DNA of 64,000 nucleotides from an uncultured Gammaproteobacteria bacterium (GTDB lineage Bacteria; Pseudomonadota; Gammaproteobacteria; Steroidobacterales; Steroidobacteraceae): NCBI GenBank assembly GCA_963800375.1, contig CAWDAT010000003.1, positions 91,697 to 155,696 of the forward strand, read 5' to 3'. Shown piece by piece: positions 56,913 to 64,000 of this stretch (position 1 is its first letter; each line of letters starts with the position of its first letter). The notes under the pieces were generated by a model. It saw only the letters and a program-made list of their open reading frames with translations, ran no database searches and was not told where the DNA came from. The position numbers and the translations under genes were made by a program.

Positions 56913-57568
56913 GGGTAGCCCGGGGAAGCCGCGCCCGAGACCCGCGGGACCCGGAAACTGGGTTTCAGCCCGACTTCCCACGCGACGCTGGTGGGAGCGT
57001 CGGCGTTCAAGGTGACCTTTCGAGCCGTGGCTTCTTCGCCATGCTCCAGGCTCGGATGCCAAATGCGAACGGTGTACTCGCCCGGCGGCAAGTCGGTGAT
57101 GGTCGCACTTCCCGCGCTCTCGGTCTTTGCGAAGAACGGCGTTTCGGAAACGTAAATATACCCGATCATCCAATCATGAATGTTGCAGCCGAGGACCACC
57201 ACCCCCGGCTTGTCGAACACGACGGGGGGTGCGTCGGTGCCGCCGTACAGGGGCAGCTCGAATTTCTTGGCAGGTGAGAACGAATAGACCTGGTGGCGGA
57301 TATTGTCGCTGTTGGGAAACCGGATCTTCGATCCGACGAATACCGGCTTCACATAGGGCACGAATTGCTTGTCCACCTGATCGACGGCATCCACGGGCGG
57401 TTTGGCGCGCTGCGCGCTCTTGGGGTCCGAGGGCGTGGCCAGCACCACGGCATCGGCCACCGATTTCCCATGGTGGTCCTTTACGGTGACGCGCAGCTCC
57501 GCGGCGAGGGCGGGCATGGCGCAGACAATGAGCGAGAGAGCGGCCGCAGGGACCAGGTGTCTATTCAT
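56909..57568 (-). CDS. Periplasmic cupredoxin-like protein ('methylamine utilization protein' family) with amicyanin-type ligand spacing
   Basis: Signal [22 protein letters not shown]. ...NIRHQVYS... and [15 protein letters not shown] (C-x2-H-x2-M). The ATG overlaps the upstream TAA (TAATG). Confidence 0.7.
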
Positions 57569-58512
57569 TAAAATCGGTAATTCCAGGTGATTTCCGCCAC
57601 GGATTTGCTGTACTCGTTGCCGCCGGCCGCGCGCGTGTCCCAGTATCCGACTGCACAGCCGAGCAGGCTGTGAACGGTCGCAGAGAAACTGATACCCACC
57701 CGGGCGCCCCAGGTCGTCCCGGTGAGCTTGTAGGCGTAGGCTCCGGGTCCGAACGCCGGATCCTCCGCGATGGCCGAAGAGGCATAGAACACGGTCAGGT
57801 TGGGCGTCGTGGTCGAGACCACGTCGCCGTGGCGGCCCGACAAACCGACCGACACAAAAACCCTCTCGCTCAATGAGTAGTCCACATCGGCCGTCAGGCT
57901 TTGACCGACTTGACTGTAGGCGTCGCCCGAGATGCCCGGCACTTCCTGCCGCAGGGCGCTTGCCACCCGGCTCTCGTACGCATACTCCACCCACAGGTTC
58001 CAGCGATCATCGAGGCGCCGTCCCGAGGCGAGCGCCGCGCGGTAGTCCCAGGCGTTGCGGTAGCTGTCGTCGTAACTCGAACGGGCGATCGTGGCGCCGA
58101 TGCGCGCCCACGGCGCATAGGCGCCGAGGCCCCATTTCTTCTTCAGCGCAAATAACCCATCCAGGGAGGCGTTGTTGAGGCCGGTGAGGCGGTAATATGC
58201 CTCGCCGCTGAGATCGCCGCCGATCGTCACGCTGTAGCCGTCGGTCAGGGGGATCAGGCGAAAAATCGACAGCCGCCCATCCAAGGTGGTATCGGCCACT
58301 TTGTCGGGTGAGAATTGCGCGTTTCCGACATTGTTGTCGCGGCGCACGCTGCCGTCGGTGCCCAGCGTCCAATCGCCATGCGCCGCATACGGCAGCGCGA
58401 TGAACGCCATGAAGGCCGCGCATGCGCCCGGGGTAGCTGCCGATGCATGGCCGCATTCCAATGCTTGCCCTGCAAGGGCATCCCGTTGCACATGACGTCG
58501 CACGGCGCACAT
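57568..58512 (-). CDS. Outer-membrane beta-barrel protein
   Basis: Alternating strand pattern, ends ...AEITWNYRF. Start uncertain (ATG 58512, TTG 58461 or ATG 58410); leader ...AAFMAFIALPYAAHG. Confidence 0.65.
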   Translation of the reverse strand: MCAVRRHVQRDALAGQALECGHASAATPGACAAFMAFIALPYAAHGDWTLGTDGSVRRDNNVGNAQFSPDKVADTTLDGRLSIFRLIPLTDGYSVTIGGDLSGEAYYRLTGLNNASLDGLFALKKKWGLGAYAPWARIGATIARSSYDDSYRNAWDYRAALASGRRLDDRWNLWVEYAYESRVASALRQEVPGISGDAYSQVGQSLTADVDYSLSERVFVSVGLSGRHGDVVSTTTPNLTVFYASSAIAEDPAFGPGAYAYKLTGTTWGARVGISFSATVHSLLGCAVGYWDTRAAGGNEYSKSVAEITWNYRF

Positions 58513-58545
58513 TATGCAATGGCCGACGTCGGCGCGTATGACTAC

Positions 58546-58566
58546 CTGTCGGCGCTTCGCCGACAG
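58546..58566 (-). terminator. Hairpin downstream of ndh (9-bp stem, 3-nt loop); a second 7-bp hairpin lies at 58603-58619
   Basis: ctgtcggcg-ctt-cgccgacag and gccgctc-ttt-gagcggc. Neither is followed by a clear U-tract. Confidence 0.3.
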
Positions 58567-58628
58567 GTGGACGACCCCGGCGCTCGTCCGCGACCGCTTG
58601 ATGCCGCTCTTTGAGCGGCTGACCGCAC

Positions 58629-59894
58629 TCAAGACGGCGATGGCGGCCGTGGTTCGCCCTGGGTGATCAGACAGGCATTGCGGGTGCCGGTGGTGTGAAT
58701 CCACAGCCAGCTCAACGCCACCGCCAATCGATTGCGCACACCGATCAAGAAGTAGATGTGGGCGAGGCCCCAAAGCCACCAGGCGAGTCCGCCGCGAACC
58801 TTGATCCAGCCGAAGTCGATGACCGCGGCACGCCGGCCAATGGTGGCCAGATTTCCGGAATGGACGTAGCGAAACGTCTGAGGCGTCTGCTCGCCGCGCA
58901 GGCGCATGCGGATGGTGCGGGCGACATGGGCGCCCTGCTGCTTGGCCGCGGGAGCGATGCCCGGCACCGGCTTGCCGTGCCAGGCATCGATGGTGGCGGT
59001 ATCGCCGATGATGAACACTTCCGGATGGCCGGGCGCCGTCAGATCCGTCGCGACGCGCGCACGGCCCGCGTTGTCCGCGGCAAGTCCGACCCACGCCGCC
59101 GCGGCCGATGCCCGGACCCCCGCCGCCCATAGAATCACCTTCGCCGCGAGCCGCCGATCCCCATAGATCACGCCCTCGCCGCTGCATTCACGCACCGGCT
59201 GGTTGAGCTGAATCTCGACCCCGAGACGCTGCAGCGACGCGTGGGCGTAGGCCGACAGATCCTCGGCAAAGCTCGGCAAGATGCGCGGTCCCGCCTCGAT
59301 CAGCACCACGCGCGCGCGGCGCGTGTCGATGCGCCGAAACTCGCGCGGCAGATTCTGGTGCGCGAGTTCGACGATGGTGCCGGCCAATTCCACGCCGGTC
59401 GGTCCGCCGCCGACGATCACGAACGTGAGCAGCGCCGCGCGGCGCTCCGGGTCGGTCTCGCGTTCCGCCCGCTCGAACGACAAAAGAATGCGCCGCCGGA
59501 TCGACGTGGCATCCTCCAGCGTCTTGAGACCCGGCGCGTGCGGCTCCCACTCGTCGTGGCCGAAATAGGCATGCCGGGCGCCGGTGGCCAACACCAGCGT
59601 GTCGTAGCTCAGCACGCCGCCGTCCTCGAGCTGGACGCGGCGATTCTGCGTGTCGACGCCGCTGACCGCCCCGAGCAGCGTGGTCACCTCCCTGCGTCTT
59701 CGCAGCAGGTGACGGATGGGCCAGGCGATTTCGGAAGTCGCGAGCGACGCGGTGGCGACCTGATACAGCAGCGGTTGGAACAGGTGATGATTGCGCTGAT
59801 CGACGATGGTGATGTCGACGTCCGCGCCGGCGAGCCCCTGCGCCACCGACAAACCGCCGAAGCCGGCGCCGACGATCAGCACCTGGTGCCTCAT
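58629..59894 (-). CDS. ndh: Type II NADH dehydrogenase (NDH-2)
   Basis: MRHQVLIVGAGFGGLSVAQGL...FQPLLYQVAT...VIVGGGPTGVELAG...IGD. ATGA overlap with the upstream gene. Confidence 0.9.
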   Translation of the reverse strand: MRHQVLIVGAGFGGLSVAQGLAGADVDITIVDQRNHHLFQPLLYQVATASLATSEIAWPIRHLLRRRREVTTLLGAVSGVDTQNRRVQLEDGGVLSYDTLVLATGARHAYFGHDEWEPHAPGLKTLEDATSIRRRILLSFERAERETDPERRAALLTFVIVGGGPTGVELAGTIVELAHQNLPREFRRIDTRRARVVLIEAGPRILPSFAEDLSAYAHASLQRLGVEIQLNQPVRECSGEGVIYGDRRLAAKVILWAAGVRASAAAAWVGLAADNAGRARVATDLTAPGHPEVFIIGDTATIDAWHGKPVPGIAPAAKQQGAHVARTIRMRLRGEQTPQTFRYVHSGNLATIGRRAAVIDFGWIKVRGGLAWWLWGLAHIYFLIGVRNRLAVALSWLWIHTTGTRNACLITQGEPRPPSPS

Positions 59895-60826
59895 CCGGTC
59901 GCCACCAGGTAGCCCGCGGCAATCCAGGCATCGAGTCCGCCATGCAGGGGCCGCACGCGCCTGAAGCCGTGATTCATCAAAATCTTGGCGACGCGGGCCG
60001 CGGAGGCTTCGCTCGGGCAGGTGCAGTACAAAATGATCTCCCGATCGCGCGGCAATTCCTTCAGGTGCCGTGCCATGTCCGGCAGGGGAACGTGCAGGGC
60101 GCCGGGAATCCAGCGCGGTTCGAGTTCGCGCGCCGTGGGCGACCGCACGTCGATGATGACGGGTGCGGCGCCGGCATTGATGAGCGCATACAGATCGGCA
60201 ACGCTGATGCGCGCCATGCGCAGCATCCGATAGAAGCGCCTGCGTTGCCACCATTTGTAGGCGATGTAGCAGAACAGGAGGATTGCCGCGCCGACTCCCG
60301 CAATGCCGCCAATTCGGCTCAATTGTTCCAGCAGCCTCCCGATCTGCGCGTTGAACAGGATGCCGAGCCCGAGCCCGACGCCCACCCACAGAACGGCGGA
60401 GCCGGTGCTCAGCACGATGAACCGCAGCCAGCCGATGCGCAAGGCGCCGGCCATCGGCGGCGCGATGATGGCGAGCCCGGGAATGAATTTCGCGATGACC
60501 AGCGAGTTCACGCCCCAGCGCTCGAACCGCGTCTGTGTCTGGCTGACGCAGGAATCGGGTTCCAAGGAAACTTTGCACAGGGTTTTCAGGACTCGAATGC
60601 CGTACTTCTCCCCGATCAGGTACCAGCCGCAGTCGGCCGCCAGGCAGGCGATCACGGACCCCATGAACAGCGCCGGCAACGACAGTTGACCGTGCGCGGC
60701 GACGGCACCGGCGACGATCAGCGTCGGCGCCGCCGGCACGGGAAGTCCGATCTGGTCCAGCAGCACGTTCGCGACCGCGAACACCAAACCGTATTGAGTG
60801 AAACCCGAGAGCAGTTCGTGATTCAC
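59891..60826 (-). CDS. DedA-family membrane protein fused to a C-terminal rhodanese domain
   Basis: GTG (cac at 60824-60826). DedA core GLPVPAAPTLIVAGA...VIAKFIPGLAII. Then a TM segment and the rhodanese-like part VIIDVRSP...ILYCTCPSEASAARVA...GGLDAW. Confidence 0.8.
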   Translation of the reverse strand: MNHELLSGFTQYGLVFAVANVLLDQIGLPVPAAPTLIVAGAVAAHGQLSLPALFMGSVIACLAADCGWYLIGEKYGIRVLKTLCKVSLEPDSCVSQTQTRFERWGVNSLVIAKFIPGLAIIAPPMAGALRIGWLRFIVLSTGSAVLWVGVGLGLGILFNAQIGRLLEQLSRIGGIAGVGAAILLFCYIAYKWWQRRRFYRMLRMARISVADLYALINAGAAPVIIDVRSPTARELEPRWIPGALHVPLPDMARHLKELPRDREIILYCTCPSEASAARVAKILMNHGFRRVRPLHGGLDAWIAAGYLVATG

Positions 60827-60830
60827 GGGC

Positions 60831-62066
60831 TTAGGGTCCGGCGGTGGCCGCGAGCGCGCGTCCGCCGCGGGGTGCGCCGGCGGCGCCGGCGCGGTGTTCG
60901 ATGTCGGGCAGGAAGGCGGCCACCATGCCGAGCAACGGCAGATACGCGCAGAGCTTATAGACGAATTCAATGCCGTAATGATCGGCAACGCCGCCGAGCA
61001 CGGCCGCGCCGATGCCGCCGATGCCGAACGCGAAGCCGAAGAACAGTCCGGAAACGGCGCCAACCTTGCCCGGCATCAACTCCTGCGCGAACACCACGAT
61101 GGCCGAGAAGGCCGACGACAGTATCAATCCGATGAGGAAGGTCAGCGCGCAGGTCCAGGGCAAATCGACGAAGGGCAGGACCAGCGTAAACGGCGCCACG
61201 CCCAAGATGGACGCCCAGATGACGCGCTTGCGCCCGATGCGGTCGCCGATCGGCCCGCCGAACAGAGTGCCGAGAGCCATTGCGAACAGAAACACGAACA
61301 GGTAGATCTGTGCCGCCTGCACCGAAACGTGAAATTTCGCGATCAGGTAGAAGCTGTAGTAGCTGGTGATGCTGGCGATATAGAAATATTTCGAGAATAT
61401 CAGCATCACCAGGATGGCGATCGACCAGACAACCCTGCGGGCCGATACGGGCGCTGCGGCCCTGGCGCCGCGGACTTTCGAGCTTCCTGCGTGATCCAAG
61501 TGCTGCTGCTTGTACCATGCTCCCACGCGGGCCAGCACCGCAATGGCGAGCATGGCCGCCAGCGTGAACCAGGCCAGGCTGGATTGTCCGTGGGGGATGA
61601 TGATCCACGCGGCGAGCAGCGGACCCATCGCGCTGCCCGCATTGCCGCCGACCTGGAATATCGACTGCGCCAGACCGTGGCGGCCCCCCGACGCGAGACG
61701 GGCAATGCGCGAGGATTCCGGGTGAAAGATCGATGAGCCGGCACCGATCAGTGCGGCGGCGGCCAGCACGCTCAAATAGCTCGGCGCAAAGGCCAGGGTC
61801 ACCATGCCGATCAAGGTGAAGCCCATCCCGACGCTCAGCGAGTACGGCTGCGGGTGCTTGTCGGTGTAGATGCCGATGAGCGGCTGCAGGACGGATGCGC
61901 AGACCTGATAGGTGAGGGTGATCACGCCGATCTGCACGAAACTCAAATGAAACTCGCCCTTCAGCAGCGGGTAGATCGCGACGATTAGGGACTGCATCAT
62001 GTCGTTCAGGAAATGCGAGAAGCTGATCGCGCCCAGCACATTGAATCGCGTTTGTTGCATATGCAC
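60831..62066 (-). CDS. MFS transporter, Fsr (fosmidomycin-resistance) family
   Basis: LGAISFSHFLNDMMQSLIVAIYPLLKGEFHLSFVQIGVITLTYQ.... Start at GTG 62066 or ATG 62060. Confidence 0.85.
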   Translation of the reverse strand: MHMQQTRFNVLGAISFSHFLNDMMQSLIVAIYPLLKGEFHLSFVQIGVITLTYQVCASVLQPLIGIYTDKHPQPYSLSVGMGFTLIGMVTLAFAPSYLSVLAAAALIGAGSSIFHPESSRIARLASGGRHGLAQSIFQVGGNAGSAMGPLLAAWIIIPHGQSSLAWFTLAAMLAIAVLARVGAWYKQQHLDHAGSSKVRGARAAAPVSARRVVWSIAILVMLIFSKYFYIASITSYYSFYLIAKFHVSVQAAQIYLFVFLFAMALGTLFGGPIGDRIGRKRVIWASILGVAPFTLVLPFVDLPWTCALTFLIGLILSSAFSAIVVFAQELMPGKVGAVSGLFFGFAFGIGGIGAAVLGGVADHYGIEFVYKLCAYLPLLGMVAAFLPDIEHRAGAAGAPRGGRALAATAGP

Positions 62067-62111
62067 GTACCCTACTAGCTACTTCGTTGCCTGTCCTGCG
62101 AGAATGCGCGG

Positions 62112-63824
62112 ATGAATCGCTTCGAGCCCTCCGTGTTTCTGCGCGAACTCGCCTCTCGCTGGGACGTGCTGGCGTTCATTGTCGTGATCGGGTTGATCGT
62201 CTTTCTCGGCGAGACTTCGCGGGGCCTGTTCGCTCCGCTGTCGCAGCTCGATGTAACGCCGCTGTCACTTGATCCGGCACATCTGCCGGAGTACGCGGCA
62301 CGCACCACGTTTCGCATGCTGGCGGGCCTGTTCCTTTCGCTGGTGTTCACTCTGACATATGCGACATGGGCAGCCAAGAGCGAACGGGCCGGCAAGCTGC
62401 TGGTGCCCATTCTGGATATTCTGCAGTCGGTGCCGATCCTGGGATTCATATCGGTTACGGTGGTGTTCTTCATGTCCCTGGCCCCCGGCCGGGTGCTGGG
62501 CGCCGAGTTCGCGGCCATCTTCGCCATATTCACCAGCCAAGCGTGGAACATGGCCTTCAGCTTCTATCAGTCGCTGCGCACCATACCGACCGAACTGATG
62601 GAAGCGGCGGAGTCCTTCCGGCTGTCCCCGTGGATGCGATTTTGGCAGCTGGAAGTGCCGTTCGGCATGCCCGCGCTCGTTTGGAACATGATGATGTCCA
62701 TGTCGGGGGGCTGGTTCTTCGTCGTCGCCTCCGAATCGATCAGCGTCGGCCACACCACGGTCGCGCTGCCCGGCGTCGGTTCTTACATCGCGCTCGCCAT
62801 CGAGCACAAGAATCTGCGGGCCATCGGCTGGGCGATCGCTACCATGCTGATCGTGATCCTGCTCTACGACCAATTGCTGTTCCGTCCCCTGGTGGCGTGG
62901 GTGGACCGCTTTCGGGTCGAGCAGGAGCCCGGCGTGCGGGTCCCCGATTCCTGGGCTCTGACCATGATGCGCCGTTCGCGTCTGATTCAGGCGGCGACGG
63001 TGGCGTTTCACGCGGCGGTGATGTTCACCAGCCGCGCGGTGAAGCGCACCGACAAGCCGCCGGCTCCGCCTGCGCCGAAGCGCAGTCTGGACCTGCTGTG
63101 GGTGTCGCTGATCATCGCCGCCGTGGTGCTCGGTCTCTGGCACATCGTCTGGGTGCTGATCAAGAACACCTCCCTGCATGAGGCCCTGCGGGTGTGCGGA
63201 CTGGCGACGCTCACCATGCTGCGCGTGTTCATCCTGATCGCGCTGGCGAGCCTGGTCTGGGTGCCGATCGGAGTGTGGGTGGGCATGCGGCCGCGGGCGG
63301 CGCAGATCGTGCAGCCGATTGCTCAGTTCATGGCGGCTTTCCCGGCGAATTTGCTGTTTCCCATCGCCGTGTACGGCATCGTCGCGTGGAAGCTCAATCC
63401 CGACGTCTACCTGAGCCCGCTGATGATTCTGGGGACGCAGTGGTACATCTTGTTCAACGTCATCGCCGGCGCTTCGGCCATACCCGCCGAGATGCGCTAC
63501 GTGGCGGCCAATTTTCAGGTGGAGGGCTGGCTGTGGTGGCGCAAGGTCGCGTTGCCGGCAATTCTGCCGTTTTATGTCACGGGGGCCATCACGGCGTCCG
63601 GCGGCTCCTGGAATGCCGCCATCGTCGCCGAACTGGCCACGTGGGGAGACACCGAGGTGCAGGCACGCGGCCTGGGGTCCTATATCGCGGAAGCGACCAC
63701 CGCCGGAGATTTTCACCGCATCGTCCTGGGGATAGGCACCATGAGCCTGTTCGTGGTCCTCATCAACAGATTGTTCTGGCGGCCCCTGTATTATTACGCC
63801 GAGCGAAAATATCGACTTACCTAA
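62112..63824 (+). CDS. ABC transporter permease, duplicated (nitrate/sulfonate/bicarbonate-type) membrane domain
   Basis: 570 aa with two permease halves, each carrying an EAA-like loop (MEAAESFRLSPWMRFWQLEVP; AANFQVEGWLWWRKVALP). Confidence 0.85.
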   Translation: MNRFEPSVFLRELASRWDVLAFIVVIGLIVFLGETSRGLFAPLSQLDVTPLSLDPAHLPEYAARTTFRMLAGLFLSLVFTLTYATWAAKSERAGKLLVPILDILQSVPILGFISVTVVFFMSLAPGRVLGAEFAAIFAIFTSQAWNMAFSFYQSLRTIPTELMEAAESFRLSPWMRFWQLEVPFGMPALVWNMMMSMSGGWFFVVASESISVGHTTVALPGVGSYIALAIEHKNLRAIGWAIATMLIVILLYDQLLFRPLVAWVDRFRVEQEPGVRVPDSWALTMMRRSRLIQAATVAFHAAVMFTSRAVKRTDKPPAPPAPKRSLDLLWVSLIIAAVVLGLWHIVWVLIKNTSLHEALRVCGLATLTMLRVFILIALASLVWVPIGVWVGMRPRAAQIVQPIAQFMAAFPANLLFPIAVYGIVAWKLNPDVYLSPLMILGTQWYILFNVIAGASAIPAEMRYVAANFQVEGWLWWRKVALPAILPFYVTGAITASGGSWNAAIVAELATWGDTEVQARGLGSYIAEATTAGDFHRIVLGIGTMSLFVVLINRLFWRPLYYYAERKYRLT

Positions 63825-63832
63825 GGTTTGCC

Positions 63833-64000
63833 ATGAACAGCTCCCCGCTACTGCAGTGCAATGATGTGCGCAAGGCCTTTCCGAAGCCGGACGGAGCCGA
63901 GCTGTTGGTGCTGGAGGGCATGAACCTCGAGCTGCGGGAAGGCCAGATCGTGGGTCTGCTCGGACGTTCCGGCTCGGGTAAGTCGACCTTGCTGCGTTTG
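63833..64000 (+). CDS. ABC transporter ATP-binding protein, 3' end outside window
   Basis: LLQCNDVRKAFP...LELREGQIVGLLGRSGSGKSTLLRL (Walker A). Confidence 0.85.
   Translation, partial: MNSSPLLQCNDVRKAFPKPDGAELLVLEGMNLELREGQIVGLLGRSGSGKSTLLRL

Noticed and set aside
1-64000. Mobile elements, prophage genes, CRISPR arrays, tRNA/rRNA genes, toxin-antitoxin or known defence systems
   Set aside because: No transposase, integrase or recombinase motifs appear in any listed ORF. There are no regularly spaced direct repeats. No intergenic region is long enough or structured like a tRNA/rRNA. The only tandem repeats are intragenic (39309-39370, 44378-45100).

Overview
Visibly GC-rich, densely coding chromosomal segment with a proteobacterial-type gene repertoire. 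I count about 60 genes. I recognise no rRNA, tRNA, CRISPR array, transposase, integrase or phage gene. All calls rest on motifs read in the supplied translations and on checking start and stop codons in the nucleotide text; no database search was possible.

Layout:
- (i) 1-17 kb is a stress or low-oxygen style block. It holds a porin-like barrel, three paralogous di-haem cytochromes c, HPF/RaiA, a frameshifted PAS hybrid histidine kinase, a tandem USP, a Zn alcohol dehydrogenase, a BON protein, a PDH-like E1alpha/E1beta/E2 set, NRAMP, LigAB and a translationally coupled Hsp20-like/Lon pair.
- (ii) 17-27 kb holds 2OG oxygenases, a NYN plus OST-HTH protein, an MFS transporter, a signal-peptide-bearing ammonia-lyase homologue that lacks the Ala-Ser-Gly MIO triad, GGT, and cytochrome bd with a small trailing ORF.
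- (iii) 27-39 kb is one long minus-strand string: OMF, MFP and RND efflux genes followed by an aminotransferase, an amidinotransferase/DDAH-like enzyme and a Tat-signal amidase. A divergent OmpR-type two-component system follows, then a Pro/Ala-rich lipoprotein.
- (iv) 40-46 kb holds an OYE reductase, an orphan PotF-like binding protein and a 1334-codon ORF. That ORF joins a complete S8 protease (three Ig-like repeats, GlyGly-CTERM-like sorting tail) in frame, with no stop, to a complete LysM-YkuD L,D-transpeptidase that keeps its own signal peptide.
- (v) 47-64 kb holds fahA-hmgA, an MTHFR-like gene, an AI-2E transporter, an M20 peptidase, a TMEM175-like channel, a CoA-transferase/gcdH pair, an OM barrel plus amicyanin-like cupredoxin pair, an Fsr-MFS/DedA-rhodanese/NDH-2 operon and the start of an ABC importer.

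The most unusual items are the protease-Ldt read-through ORF, the secreted MIO-less lyase homologue, the stress island with its Hsp20-Lon pair, and the efflux-appended guanidino-type operon. Many long alternative-frame and antisense ORFs in the track look like GC-driven shadows and were not called.
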